In this document: positions 35,722 to 45,458 of the stretch, in pieces
Layout: each line of letters starts with the position of its first letter
Position numbering within the stretch: position 1 is the first letter of the stretch
Assembly (NCBI GenBank): GCA_036518215.1
Contig: DATDNP010000201.1
Coordinates: 24,448-88,447 of the forward strand
DNA: 64,000 bases
Direction of reading: 5' to 3'
Origin: Candidatus Limnocylindria bacterium
Lineage (GTDB): Bacteria > Chloroflexota > Limnocylindria > P2-11E
Notes under the pieces: model-generated
Told to the model about the DNA's origin: nothing
Database searches by the model: none
Seen by the model: the letters and a program-made list of their open reading frames with translations, nothing else
Position numbers and translations under genes: made by a program

Positions 35722-36035
35722 CCGACCTCACGCTCGAGCTCGAGGAAGTGCGCGCGGAGCTCGCGCGGGTGAGCGCGCAGCTTCCCGAGCGTATCGACGT
35801 CGACCCGGACGACGTGGAGCGGGGCCTCGCCGGTCTCGTGCTTGGACTCGTGGAGCTGTTGCGGCAGGTGCTGGAGAAGCAGGCCGTGCGACGGATGGAG
35901 GGTGGGAGCTTGACGGATGAAGAGATCGAGCGGGTCGGCCTCGCGCTCATGAGGCTCGAGCGGAAGGTGCGCGAGCTCGCTGAGCACTTCGGCCTCACCG
36001 AGGACGACCTCCGGCTCGGGCTGGGCGCGTCATGA
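35718..36035 (+). CDS. gvpK: Gas vesicle protein GvpK
   Basis: GTGA overlap. DVDPDDVERGLAGLVLGLVELLRQVLEKQAVRRME matches the GvpK pattern. 105 aa. Confidence 0.75.
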   Translation: MTDLTLELEEVRAELARVSAQLPERIDVDPDDVERGLAGLVLGLVELLRQVLEKQAVRRMEGGSLTDEEIERVGLALMRLERKVRELAEHFGLTEDDLRLGLGAS

Positions 36036-36337
36036 CGCTGGATAGGCGGCTCCGCGACACGGAAACATCCGCGACCCTCGTCGACCTTCTCGATCGCGTG
36101 CTCGACAAGGGACTCGTCGTGGCCGGCGACGTGAGCATCTCGCTCGCGAACGTCGAGCTGCTCACGATCCGCATCCGCCTCCTGGTGTGCTCGATCGACA
36201 AGGCGGAGCAGATCGGACTGAACTGGTGGCGTTACGAATCACAGCTCTCGCGCCGCGACGGTGAGTCCGACGAGGTGAAGCGCCTCGAGGCGCGCATCGC
36301 CGAGCTCGAGGCGCAGCTGAAGCGAAAAGGGGGATGA
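36032..36337 (+). CDS. gvpJ: Gas vesicle protein GvpJ (GvpA/J family)
   Basis: ATGA overlap. [45 protein letters not shown]-terminal coiled-coil tail. Confidence 0.8.
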   Translation: MTLDRRLRDTETSATLVDLLDRVLDKGLVVAGDVSISLANVELLTIRIRLLVCSIDKAEQIGLNWWRYESQLSRRDGESDEVKRLEARIAELEAQLKRKGG

Positions 36338-36340
36338 GAC

Positions 36341-36622
36341 ATGGCGGTCGTTGAGCGGAGCCCGGGTGGCAGCAGCCTTATCGATGTCCTCGATCGCGTG
36401 CTCGACAAGGGCATCATCATCGACGCGTGGGTGCGGGTCTCCCTCGTCGGGATCGACCTCATCACCGTCGAAGCCCGTGTCGTCGTCGCGTCGATCGACA
36501 CCTACCTTCGCTACGCGGATGCGCTCGGCCTCACGCAGGGTCGTGGGCAGAGCAGCATCGGGGCGAGCGGCGGAGGCTTGGACACAGCGACGGGCCGGTC
36601 GCGCGAGCGCGAGCGCTCGTAG
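36341..36622 (+). CDS. gvpA: Gas vesicle structural protein GvpA
   Basis: [52 protein letters not shown] is the near-canonical GvpA core. Confidence 0.9.
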   Translation: MAVVERSPGGSSLIDVLDRVLDKGIIIDAWVRVSLVGIDLITVEARVVVASIDTYLRYADALGLTQGRGQSSIGASGGGLDTATGRSRERERS

Positions 36623-36631
36623 CCGCCCGCG

Positions 36632-38650
36632 ATGCGGGACGTCGTCGAGCGTCCGAGCGATCTCATGCCGGACGCGCGCGAGACGCTCGAGCCGATGCTC
36701 GACGATCTCGTGCGCGGACTCGGGTATGAGCGCGCGCTCATCCTCGTCCACGACGAGACCGCCGGCGCGCTCCGAGGCCTGTTCGGGCTGAACGTCCGCG
36801 ACGAGCAGGCACGTTCGGTCCTGCTGCCGCTCGCACGCGCGAACGATCCGTTCGTGACGGCGCTCCGCTCCGGCGTGCCACAGCTCGTCGATGACGTCGC
36901 GACGGACGACCGCCTCGACGACGCGGAGCGCAGCGCGCTCCTCGCGATGCGCATCACGCGCTGCGTCGCCGCCTCGCTCCCCGTGACGCACCGAGAGCGC
37001 ACGAGCACGATCGTCCTCCTCGGTCGCGAGGGCGCCATCACCGAGGCCGACCTCGAGCGTCTCCTTCCCTTCGCGCGCCAGGCCGGTGCCGCATTCACAC
37101 GAGAGCAGGACGTCGAGCTCCTCCGCCGCGCGTCCGAGTCGCACGCGATCGAGAAGGAATGGCTCTGGTGGATGCTGAACGGCGTCGACGACCCCGTCGT
37201 CGTCGCGGACGCGAAGAACGACATCCTCCACTTCAACCGCCGCGCGGAGCACCTCTTCCGCGCGTCGGATGAGGACAGCCCCGGAAAGCGGCGTGCCGTC
37301 TGGATGAACAACTTCCTCTTCACGGCGTCGCTCTCGACGTGGAGCCTCGACCGGACGAGCCGCGCCACGAGCCGCGAGGTGACGCTCGTCGACCCGATCG
37401 ACGGAAGCGAGCTCATCTTCGAGGTGCTGACGGCCGCGGCGCTGAACCACCGCACCGGAGAGCGCGGCACCGTCGCGGTGCTCAAGGACGTCACGAACAT
37501 CCGCCACATGACTCAGGAGCTCACGCGCAGCGCCGAGCGCATCCAGAGCGCCGACGTTGAGATACGCGCCGAGCGCGACAGGCTCGACCTCGTCCTCCGG
37601 AGCGTGCCGAACCCGATCATCGTCGTCGACAACGACAACCAGATCATCTCGATGAACGCGGCAGCGCAGCGGCTCTTCACGCGCACCGAGGGCCGAGCAC
37701 AGCACGCGCTCGCCAACGACGCGAAGTTCACATCGTTCCTCGCGGAGCTGCGCCTCGACCCGACGCGCGAGAAGCGCACCGAGCTGCTGCTCATCGATCC
37801 CCTCACCGAGGAGCGCCTCGAGATGGAGGTGACCGCGACCGAGGTCCGCGATCAGCACGGTGCCGTCGTCGCGATCGTCTCCGCGATGCAGGAGGTCGGC
37901 CGCTTGCGCGAGCTCGAGCGGCGACGGCTGCAGCAGGTGCTCTTCGAGACCGAGAAGCTCGCCGCCACCGGGCGTCTCGCGGCGTCGATCGCGCACGAGA
38001 TCAACAACCCGCTCGAGGCCGTCCAGAACGCGCTCTATCTGCTCGGCACGTCGGTCGCGAAGGACGGTCAGGAGCGCGAGTACCTCGGCATCGCGCAGCG
38101 CGAGACGCAGCGGATGTCGCGGATCCTTCGACAGATGCTCGGCTTCTACAAGCCGATGACCGCCATGGGCACGCTCGACGTGAACGTGCTCGTCGACGAG
38201 GCCGAGGCGCTCGTCGCGAAGCGCATCCGACAGTCCAAGGTGACGCTGGTCCGCGAGCTCGATCCGAACCTCCCGAAGATCCGCGCCTCCGCCGACCAGC
38301 TGAAGCAGGTGCTCCTCAACCTCTACCTCAACGCGCTCGAGGCGATGCCGAACGGCGGCACGCTCACCGTGGTCACGCGCGGCGGCAACGATCTCGACCT
38401 GCCCTTCGATTCGGTCCGGATCGAGGTGCGCGATACGGGCACGGGCATGGACGAGCAGACGCAGGCCCGGATCTTCGAAGCCTTCTTCTCCACGAAGGAG
38501 CAACGCGGCACCGGCCTTGGCCTCTGGGTATCGCACGGCATCGTGCAGGGGCATGGCGGCACGATGAAGGTGCGCAGCAAGCCGGGACAGGGTGCGACGT
38601 TCGTCATCGCGCTGCCCGTCGCCGGGCCGCCGGAGGTACGCGATGGCTGA
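36632..38650 (+). CDS. Cytoplasmic GAF-PAS-PAS sensor histidine kinase
   Basis: N-terminal GAF. Two PAS-like regions. H-box (LAASIAHEINNPLEAV), N-box (LNLYLNALEAM) and G-boxes (DTGTGMD, GTGLGLWVS). It starts 10 nt after the gvpA stop. Confidence 0.85.
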   Translation: MRDVVERPSDLMPDARETLEPMLDDLVRGLGYERALILVHDETAGALRGLFGLNVRDEQARSVLLPLARANDPFVTALRSGVPQLVDDVATDDRLDDAERSALLAMRITRCVAASLPVTHRERTSTIVLLGREGAITEADLERLLPFARQAGAAFTREQDVELLRRASESHAIEKEWLWWMLNGVDDPVVVADAKNDILHFNRRAEHLFRASDEDSPGKRRAVWMNNFLFTASLSTWSLDRTSRATSREVTLVDPIDGSELIFEVLTAAALNHRTGERGTVAVLKDVTNIRHMTQELTRSAERIQSADVEIRAERDRLDLVLRSVPNPIIVVDNDNQIISMNAAAQRLFTRTEGRAQHALANDAKFTSFLAELRLDPTREKRTELLLIDPLTEERLEMEVTATEVRDQHGAVVAIVSAMQEVGRLRELERRRLQQVLFETEKLAATGRLAASIAHEINNPLEAVQNALYLLGTSVAKDGQEREYLGIAQRETQRMSRILRQMLGFYKPMTAMGTLDVNVLVDEAEALVAKRIRQSKVTLVRELDPNLPKIRASADQLKQVLLNLYLNALEAMPNGGTLTVVTRGGNDLDLPFDSVRIEVRDTGTGMDEQTQARIFEAFFSTKEQRGTGLGLWVSHGIVQGHGGTMKVRSKPGQGATFVIALPVAGPPEVRDG

Positions 38651-39803
38651 GACCTGCATCCTCGTCGTCGACGACGAGCAGAGCGTAGCGACGACGATCG
38701 AAGCGATCCTGCGGCTCGACGGCCACGACGTCGTGGCGGTCACGAGCGGCACCGAGGCGATCCGCCTCCTCGGCGAGCGGCAATTCGACGTCGTCCTCAC
38801 GGACCTACGCCTCGCCGACATGGATGGCATCGAGATCCTGAAGGAGGTGCAGCGGACGGCGCCGGAGACGGCGGCCATCATGCTCACCGGCTACGCGTCG
38901 CTCGAATCCGCCATCGCCGCGCTACGGTCGGGCGCGTACGACTACCTGCTCAAGCCCTCCGACGTGGAGGAGCTGCGGGCGACGGTGAATCGCGCGATCG
39001 AGCGCCGGCAGCTCCGCCGACGGCTCCTCGAGCTCGAAGAGGTCGACCGGCTGAAGACGCAATTCCTTTCGATGGTGTCGCATGAGCTCCGCACCCCGCT
39101 CACCGCCGTGAGCGGGTTCGTGCAGGTCGCGCGGCGACGCATCGCGCGCGCGCTCGAAGGGGGCGGTGCGATCGATTGGCAGCAGGAGGCGGTGCGCACC
39201 GCGGAGACGCTCGACCTCGCGCAGCGTCAGTCGCGGCGCCTCGCGCGCCTCGTCGACGAGCTGCTCGACGTGTCGCGGCTCCAGCTCGGGCGGATCGAGC
39301 TCCACCCGGCCGAGATCGACATCGTCGATGACGTGAGAGAGGTCGTCGAGCGCATGAAGCTCCTCGTGTCGACGCACGACTTCCAGTTCCGCTCGGACAT
39401 CGAGCAGGGTCGCGTCATCGCCGATCGCGACCGGCTCGACCAGGTCTTCGAGAACCTCATCGGGAACGCGGTGAAGTACTCGCCGGCGGGCGGCACGATC
39501 GGCGTCATCGTCGGCGCCGTCGGCGACGACGTGCACGTCGCGATCAGCGATCAGGGGATCGGCATCTCGCGCGACGAGCTCGACCGCATCTTCAATCTCT
39601 TCTATCGCTCGCCCGATCCGCGCGCCGGGCACGTCGGCGGGCTCGGCCTTGGTCTCTACATCAGCCGCGACATCGTGACGCGCCACGGCGGGAGACTGTG
39701 GGCGGAGAGCGATGGCGAGGGGAGCACGTTCCACGTCAGCATCCCGCTCGCGAGCACGGGCACGACGGGCGTCACAGCCCGCGCAGGAGCGACGACAGCC
39801 TGA
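38643..39803 (+). CDS. Hybrid protein: N-terminal receiver domain fused to a histidine kinase (REC-HisKA-HATPase_c)
   Basis: REC (ILVVDDEQ...VLTDLRLADMDG...KPSDVEEL), H-box ([16 protein letters not shown]) and G-boxes (DQGIGI, GLGLGLYIS). It overlaps the upstream kinase stop. Confidence 0.85.
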   Translation: MAETCILVVDDEQSVATTIEAILRLDGHDVVAVTSGTEAIRLLGERQFDVVLTDLRLADMDGIEILKEVQRTAPETAAIMLTGYASLESAIAALRSGAYDYLLKPSDVEELRATVNRAIERRQLRRRLLELEEVDRLKTQFLSMVSHELRTPLTAVSGFVQVARRRIARALEGGGAIDWQQEAVRTAETLDLAQRQSRRLARLVDELLDVSRLQLGRIELHPAEIDIVDDVREVVERMKLLVSTHDFQFRSDIEQGRVIADRDRLDQVFENLIGNAVKYSPAGGTIGVIVGAVGDDVHVAISDQGIGISRDELDRIFNLFYRSPDPRAGHVGGLGLGLYISRDIVTRHGGRLWAESDGEGSTFHVSIPLASTGTTGVTARAGATTA

Positions 39804-40029
39804 CCCCGAGCCGCTTCGCGATGTGCGCGAGCGCGGGAAGCGTCGGCGTGACGCGGCCGGTCTCCATCTTCCAGACGTACTGCTTCTCGAAGTACACGCG
39901 ACCGCGTCGATCCGTACCGAGCTCGGCCATGGTGAGACCCTGCTTCTGGCGCAGCGCGCGGATGCGCTCACCCACCCGCTTCGCGAGGAGCGGCTCACCG
40001 GGCACGTCTGGGTGCACGCGCGCCGGCAT
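39772..40029 (-). CDS. XRE-family helix-turn-helix transcriptional regulator
   Basis: 85 aa. LAKRVGERIRALRQKQGLTMAELG...LPALAHIAKRLGVRLSSLL is an HTH_XRE. Start at the internal ATG at 40027-40029. The rest of ORF 39772..40782 is a frame shadow of the hydrolase gene. Confidence 0.7.
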   Translation of the reverse strand: MPARVHPDVPGEPLLAKRVGERIRALRQKQGLTMAELGTDRRGRVYFEKQYVWKMETGRVTPTLPALAHIAKRLGVRLSSLLRGL

Positions 40030-40655
40030 CAGAGTCCTCTCGTGACGAAGTCGACGATGGCCGTGATCGCTTCGTCGCCGTAGGGCGCCGCGAACATCCC
40101 GCGCGAGTGCTCCTTGCCGCCGAACATGAGGAGCGTCTTCGGATGTGACGCGACGGTGAACGCGCGCAGCACGTGCTGGCCAGCACCGAGCGAATCTTCG
40201 TCGGCGCACACGAACAGCTTGCGGCCGGTGACGCGACGCGTCAGCTCGTCCGGCGTGTCCTGCACGGGCGCGGAGACGGACACGACGCACTCCACGTCCG
40301 CGTCGAAGCTCGACGCGAGGACGGCGTGGCCTCCCATCGACGCGCCGACGAGCGCGATCTCGGCCGCGCCGCGCTCCCGGAGGAGCGCCTTCGCCGCGCG
40401 CAGATCGATGACCGGCGACCACGGCGCGGGCGGTGCCCAGGCGTTCGTCGTTCCCGTCGACCCGTCGTATCCACGAAGGTTGAGGGTGAGTGCGGGAACG
40501 CCCCGCGCCGCGAAGCGGGGCGCGATGTCGCGCCAGCCGCTCCCGTCCCAACCGGATCCGTGGACGAGGATCACCGCGCGCGAAGCGGGCAGCTCGCCAT
40601 AGAGATCCGCCTGGAGCGTCTCGTCCCCGCTCGTGATCCGCACGGTGACCGCCAT
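40029..40655 (-). CDS. Alpha/beta hydrolase (dienelactone-hydrolase-like)
   Basis: LVHGSGWDGSGW..., the GASMGG nucleophile elbow, and a C-terminal His. 208 aa. Confidence 0.65.
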   Translation of the reverse strand: MAVTVRITSGDETLQADLYGELPASRAVILVHGSGWDGSGWRDIAPRFAARGVPALTLNLRGYDGSTGTTNAWAPPAPWSPVIDLRAAKALLRERGAAEIALVGASMGGHAVLASSFDADVECVVSVSAPVQDTPDELTRRVTGRKLFVCADEDSLGAGQHVLRAFTVASHPKTLLMFGGKEHSRGMFAAPYGDEAITAIVDFVTRGL

Positions 40656-40681
40656 GCGCGAATGGTGCTACAAACGAACGG

Positions 40682-43048
40682 ATGGCTCGCACGGTGGAGG
40701 CGGACGCCGCGCGCCTCTTCACGGACGCCCGGAGCGCCTTCCCGTTGTGGGAGGTCACGAAGGATGTCCTCGACGAATTCATCGACCTCTCGCTGAACTA
40801 CCGTCAGAGCGGTCACCCGGGCGGCTCGCGTTCGAAGGTCCATCTCCTTCTCGCGCTCATGCTCACCGGCGCGATGCGCTACGACGTCCTTCGGCCGTGG
40901 CGGCCCTTCGCCGACCGCTTCGTGCTCTCCGCCGGTCACACGATCCCGCTCGTGTATTCGACGCTCGCCGTCATGAATGAAGCGCTGCGCGCCCGGCGCG
41001 AACGAGATGGCGACCCGCGATTCGCGTTCCCCTTCGACGGCAGGTACGCGCTCACCTGGGAGGACCTTCTCCTCCTACGACGCAACAAGGGGCTTCCGGG
41101 GCACGCCGAATTCGCCGGCAAGACGCTTTTCGTGAAGGCGAACACGGGGCCGTCGGGACACGGCATGCCGCCGTCGGTCGGTCAGGCGGCCGCGCTGAAG
41201 CTGGCGGGCTGCGAAGAGGTGAAGGTCTTCGTCGTCGAGGGCGAGGGCGGCCTCACGCCCGGGGCGTCGCACGAATCCAAGAACTCGGCCTGGGGGCTCG
41301 GGCTCTCGAACCTCGTGTTCCTCGTGGACTGGAATGACTTCGGCATCGACGAGAACGCGCTCTCGACGGTCGTCCACGGCAGCCCCGTCGACTGGTTCGA
41401 GCCATATGGGTGGCGCGTCCTCGGCACGGAGCACGGTATGGAGTGGGAGGACGTGACCCGCATCGTCACGGAGGTCGCGCGCGGCGAGAATCCCACGAAG
41501 GTCCCCAGCATGGCGTGGTTCAAGACTCGCAAGGGACGCGGCTACGCGAAGTACGACTACAAGTCACACGGCTCGCCGCACGCGATGAACAGCGAGCCGT
41601 TCTGGGGGCTGCGCAAGGAATTCATGAACAAGTACGGCGTCGAGTACGAAGGCGTCGACCAGAACGCGCCCGCCGATCCCGCCGCGACGGCGGCGCAGGC
41701 GCGCCGCAACTTCGCGATCGCGGCGTCCGCGCTCCGCAAGCGGATGGACGTCGTCGAGTACCTCTCGGACCGGCTCGTCGAGATCGGCGAGACCGTGCCC
41801 GACCGTGTCGCGTCGTTCACGCTCGGCGGCCGCGGCGCGGGGCTGTTCTCCGACGAGCGCCTCTTCGACTTCGAGCACTACCCGGCGGGGATGTGGGCGA
41901 AGCCGGGCGAGAAGAAGCCGAACCGCGCCGCGCTCGGCACCTGGGGCGCGTGGGTGAACTCGTTCGCGAAGAAGGAGTACGGGCGTCCGCTCGTCATCGC
42001 GATGTCCGCGGACCTCGCTGAGTCGACGAACATCGCGGGCTTCATGAAGGGCTTCGAGGACATGGAGGGCTGGGGCTGGTACCAGCGGGACGCGAACCCG
42101 CGCGGCACGCTCCTTCCGCAGCAGATCACGGAGTTCACGAACGCGGGCATCGCGTGCGGCATCGCGAGCGTGAACCTCGCCGACGATCCGTTCGGCGATT
42201 ACAACGGCCTCTGGGGCGCATGCTCGACGTACGGCTCGTTCTCCTATCTGAAGTACGGCGAGATGCGGCTCTTCAGCCAGCTCGCGCAGGACTGCGACCT
42301 GAGGGTCGGCAAGGTCATTTGGGTCGCGGGGCATTCCGGTCCCGAGACCGCCGAGGACTCGCGCACGCACTTCGGCATCTTCGAGACGGGCGTGACGCAG
42401 CTCTTCCCCGACGGCGCCGTCGTCGACGTGCATCCGTGGGAGCACAACGAGGTCCCGGTCGTGCTCGCGGCCGCGCTCCGGCAAAAGGCGCCGATCGTCG
42501 CGATCCACCTCACGCGGCCCGCGGTCGATATCCCCGATCGTGCGGCGCTCGGCATGCCGTCGCACTTCGCCGCGGCGCGCGGCGCGTACGTGATGCGCGC
42601 GTACGCGCCAGGGCAGCCGAAGATGGGCACGGTGTTCGTGCAGGGGACGTCGACGACCGCGAACGTCGTGAAGATCCTCCCGAAGCTCGCCGAGCGCGGC
42701 CTCAACGTGAAGATCGTCGCAGCGATCAGCCCGCAGCTCTTCGCGCTGCAGGACGCGACCTACCGCGAGAGCGTCGCTTCCGACGCCGATCGCATCGACG
42801 CGATGGTGATCAGCAACCGCGCGCGCCGCGTCATGAGCGACTGGATCGCGCATCCCATCGTCGCCGAGTACTCGCTCACGTCCGACTGGGACGATCGCTG
42901 GCGGACCGGCGGCTCGGTGGACGAAGTCGTCGCCGAGGCACACCTCGATCCGGAGCACCTCCTCGCGGGGATCGAGCGCTTCTGCCGGGAGCGCGCGGAG
43001 CGCTTGCGCCGCCTGCGTGGCGCGATCGAGGCCGCGGAGCGCGGCTAG
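40682..43048 (+). CDS. Transketolase-family thiamine-diphosphate enzyme (788 aa, with insertions)
   Basis: TK N-terminal motif (RQSGHPGGS...DRFVLSAGH), ThDP-binding (VVEGEGGLTPGASHES), and pyrimidine-binding and C-terminal domains in order. Confidence 0.7.
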   Translation: MARTVEADAARLFTDARSAFPLWEVTKDVLDEFIDLSLNYRQSGHPGGSRSKVHLLLALMLTGAMRYDVLRPWRPFADRFVLSAGHTIPLVYSTLAVMNEALRARRERDGDPRFAFPFDGRYALTWEDLLLLRRNKGLPGHAEFAGKTLFVKANTGPSGHGMPPSVGQAAALKLAGCEEVKVFVVEGEGGLTPGASHESKNSAWGLGLSNLVFLVDWNDFGIDENALSTVVHGSPVDWFEPYGWRVLGTEHGMEWEDVTRIVTEVARGENPTKVPSMAWFKTRKGRGYAKYDYKSHGSPHAMNSEPFWGLRKEFMNKYGVEYEGVDQNAPADPAATAAQARRNFAIAASALRKRMDVVEYLSDRLVEIGETVPDRVASFTLGGRGAGLFSDERLFDFEHYPAGMWAKPGEKKPNRAALGTWGAWVNSFAKKEYGRPLVIAMSADLAESTNIAGFMKGFEDMEGWGWYQRDANPRGTLLPQQITEFTNAGIACGIASVNLADDPFGDYNGLWGACSTYGSFSYLKYGEMRLFSQLAQDCDLRVGKVIWVAGHSGPETAEDSRTHFGIFETGVTQLFPDGAVVDVHPWEHNEVPVVLAAALRQKAPIVAIHLTRPAVDIPDRAALGMPSHFAAARGAYVMRAYAPGQPKMGTVFVQGTSTTANVVKILPKLAERGLNVKIVAAISPQLFALQDATYRESVASDADRIDAMVISNRARRVMSDWIAHPIVAEYSLTSDWDDRWRTGGSVDEVVAEAHLDPEHLLAGIERFCRERAERLRRLRGAIEAAERG

Positions 43049-43591
43049 CTACGCGTCGGGCCGGATGATCCGCGTGTGCGCCTTCGCGATGCGCTGGACG
43101 GCGGGCGCCGCCTCCGTGCCGACCGTACGCGTCGCGTAGCCACACACGAGGGAGAGCGGCTGATAGCCGAGGGCCTCGTTCCAGAGATCCTCGAGACGGA
43201 GCGCCGCGGTCTGCTTCCCATCGCGCCAGAGGAGCGACACGATCTCACCGAAGGCGCGGACGCTGCCGTGACGCGACGCGAGCTGCTCGATGCGGTGACC
43301 GACGACGTCCGCGAACGTCTCGCGCGTCGGAAGCCCGTTCCGGAGCAGGCGCGCGATGACGCGCTCGGCGTCCATCGAGACGTAGCGTCCGGAGAGGACC
43401 GCATCATCGACGCGCACGCCCTCGCTTCGGAGCCGCTGCTCGATCGCCGCGACGTGCGCGCGCGTGCCGATCGAGACGATCGCGTCATCCCGCGCGAAGC
43501 CGGGCGCGAGGAACGTCGCCACCGTCGTGGCGAGCGTCGTGTCGTCGTCGTACAGATGGAGCGCGTGGTCGCGCTCTGGTCCCTCGCTCAT
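43049..43591 (-). CDS. Hypothetical protein, possibly a MEDS-like sensory domain
   Basis: 180 aa. The N-terminus (HALHLYDDDTTLATTVATFLAPG) loosely fits the MEDS family pattern. Weak call. Confidence 0.3.
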   Translation of the reverse strand: MSEGPERDHALHLYDDDTTLATTVATFLAPGFARDDAIVSIGTRAHVAAIEQRLRSEGVRVDDAVLSGRYVSMDAERVIARLLRNGLPTRETFADVVGHRIEQLASRHGSVRAFGEIVSLLWRDGKQTAALRLEDLWNEALGYQPLSLVCGYATRTVGTEAAPAVQRIAKAHTRIIRPDA

Positions 43592-43662
43592 CGCTGGCCC
43601 GCTTCATCTGCAGGCGGCATGCCAGGGGACAAGCGAGCGCTCTGAGCCGGTATCGTCGTTGC

Positions 43663-44535
43663 GTGCCGAAACGCCGATCGTCGCGCTCCCGCGTCGCCGT
43701 CGACGCGGTCGCCGAGCACAACCGGCAGATGTGGGAGCGCCTCGCCGCGGCGGGCATCCCGTACACGCGTCCGCAGGGCACGCCGCCGCGCGACCCGCGT
43801 GCGAAGCGGCGTTTCCTCGACGAGCTCACCGAGGGACAGCTCGCCGGTATCGAGCTTCGCGGGAAGCGAGTGCTCTCCCTCGCCGGGGGCGGCGGATGGG
43901 ACGCGATCCTGTTCGCGGAGCTCGGTGCCGAGACGACGCTCGTCGATCTCTCGGCACGTCAGCTCGCGACCGTGCGTGCGCTCGCGCGCGAGCGCGGGAC
44001 GAAGCTGCGCTTCGTCCGCGCGGACATGCGCGACCTCTCCTCGTTCGAAGACGCGTCGTTCGACCTCGTGTACCACCATCACTCGCTCGTCTTCGTTCCC
44101 GACGCGGCAAAGGTGATCCGCGAGGTCGCGCGCGTCCTCGCGCCGAGTGGCGTCTACATCTTCTCGACGATGCATCCGGTGACGCTTCGCATGTACGAGA
44201 CGTGGACCGGCAGCGGCTGGGGGTTCAAGCAGCGCTACTTCGCGAACGGCGCCGTCCCGGTGAAGGACCCGACCTGGGAGTTCGACGAGGTGAAGGTCCG
44301 TGCGCCGACGCTCGAGTACGCGCACCGCATCTCGGACCTCATCACGGCGTGCGGACGGGCGGGCCTCGTCGTGGATCGGATGTGGGAGTGGTCGCCGGGT
44401 GACACCGGAGGTCCGCCTGGCTCGGACGACGAGCTCGAGCGTTACCTCCCGGCGTTCATCGCGATCCGGGCTCGTCGTCCCGCGGCGCGCGAAGCTTCGC
44501 GCTCGCGTCCGCGTACTGCTGCACGATCTCGCTGA
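43663..44535 (+). CDS. Class I SAM-dependent methyltransferase
   Basis: Motif I (VLSLAGGGGWDAILFAELGA) and motif post-I (LVDLS). The 3' end is uncertain and overlaps a minus-strand ORF. Confidence 0.65.
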   Translation: MPKRRSSRSRVAVDAVAEHNRQMWERLAAAGIPYTRPQGTPPRDPRAKRRFLDELTEGQLAGIELRGKRVLSLAGGGGWDAILFAELGAETTLVDLSARQLATVRALARERGTKLRFVRADMRDLSSFEDASFDLVYHHHSLVFVPDAAKVIREVARVLAPSGVYIFSTMHPVTLRMYETWTGSGWGFKQRYFANGAVPVKDPTWEFDEVKVRAPTLEYAHRISDLITACGRAGLVVDRMWEWSPGDTGGPPGSDDELERYLPAFIAIRARRPAAREASRSRPRTAARSR

Positions 44536-44791
44536 GCTTGCGCGCGGCCGTCGGGATGTTCACGGCCCACCCGACGCCGATGACCTTCTCGCTGAAGATC
44601 CGATCGCTCGACGGATCCCAGTACGCCTCGCGCAAACGATCGAATGTCGGCACGCGGAAGTCGTACGGGATCGCGCCTGCGACCTTGCCGTGCCACGTCC
44701 GCTCCTGGGGCGGCTTGCGGAGCTCTTGGTAGATCGCGCCGACGAGCGCGATCCATGCGAGCGTGCGAAATCCGCGCATCAAGTCCCTCAT
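44456..44791 (-). CDS. Small hypothetical protein with one TM helix
   Basis: 111 aa from MRDLMRGFRTLAWIALVGAIYQEL. Its start overlaps the pyrE stop by 4 nt. The longer ORF 44456..45262 is a shadow of pyrE. Confidence 0.4.
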   Translation of the reverse strand: MRDLMRGFRTLAWIALVGAIYQELRKPPQERTWHGKVAGAIPYDFRVPTFDRLREAYWDPSSDRIFSEKVIGVGWAVNIPTAARKLSEIVQQYADASAKLRAPRDDEPGSR

Positions 44792-45387
44792 CTGGCGCCT
44801 ACGGGAGCACCGGTCGTGCCAGGGTGGGTCGCCGGGACGCCCGTTGCGCAGAGCGGGCACGCGCCGGCCGGGTACGTCGGGATGTCGAGCGACCAGAGCG
44901 CGTGGAGCGGGACGCCGAGCTTCGCGCCGCCGCCGGAGCGATCGACGAGGACGGCGGCCGCGACGACCTCGCCACCCGCCGACCGAACGGCGTCGATCGT
45001 CTCCTGGACCGAGCCGCCCGTCGTCATGATGTCGTCCACCACGACGACATGCTCGCCCGGTGCGAGCTGGAAGCCGCGGCGGAACACACGCCCCGTGCCC
45101 GCCTCGTCGCGCTCGGCGTAGACAGCGCGAGCGCCGAGCTGCCGAGCGACCTCGTGCGCGAGGATGATCCCGCCCGTCGTCGGCCCGGCGATGGTGTCGG
45201 GGTGGAGCGCGCGGACGGCGTCGGCGATGGCGGCGCAGAGACGCTCGGTCTCGCGCGGCCACTGCAGCACCTGGAACTTCTCGAGGTACCGAGGGGAGTG
45301 CTTCCCCGACGCCAGGACGAAATGCCCGTCACGGAGCGCGCCGGCGTCCCTGAAGATGCGTTCGACCTCGCTGGCATCCATCCCCAC
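44788..45387 (-). CDS. pyrE: Orotate phosphoribosyltransferase
   Basis: PRPP-binding motif (VVVVDDIMTTGGS), together with GHFVLASGKHSPRYLE. Confidence 0.85.
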   Translation of the reverse strand: MGMDASEVERIFRDAGALRDGHFVLASGKHSPRYLEKFQVLQWPRETERLCAAIADAVRALHPDTIAGPTTGGIILAHEVARQLGARAVYAERDEAGTGRVFRRGFQLAPGEHVVVVDDIMTTGGSVQETIDAVRSAGGEVVAAAVLVDRSGGGAKLGVPLHALWSLDIPTYPAGACPLCATGVPATHPGTTGAPVGAR

Positions 45388-45458
45388 GAGAGTAGGACTG
45401 CTCGGCGAGCGGTGCCCATCCCGCGGCGCCGCGCCGCATACTCGGGCGCCTGGAAGAG

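Noticed and set aside
36239-38887. 882-aa minus-strand ORF opposite gvpJ/gvpA and the GAF-PAS kinase
   Set aside because: Charged low-complexity shadow. The plus-strand frames carry unambiguous GvpA/GvpJ and kinase motifs.
39772-40782. 336-aa minus ORF covering the XRE gene and the hydrolase region
   Set aside because: Only the C-terminal 85 aa form an HTH_XRE protein, with start codon at 40027-40029. The rest is an out-of-frame overlap of the alpha/beta-hydrolase gene.
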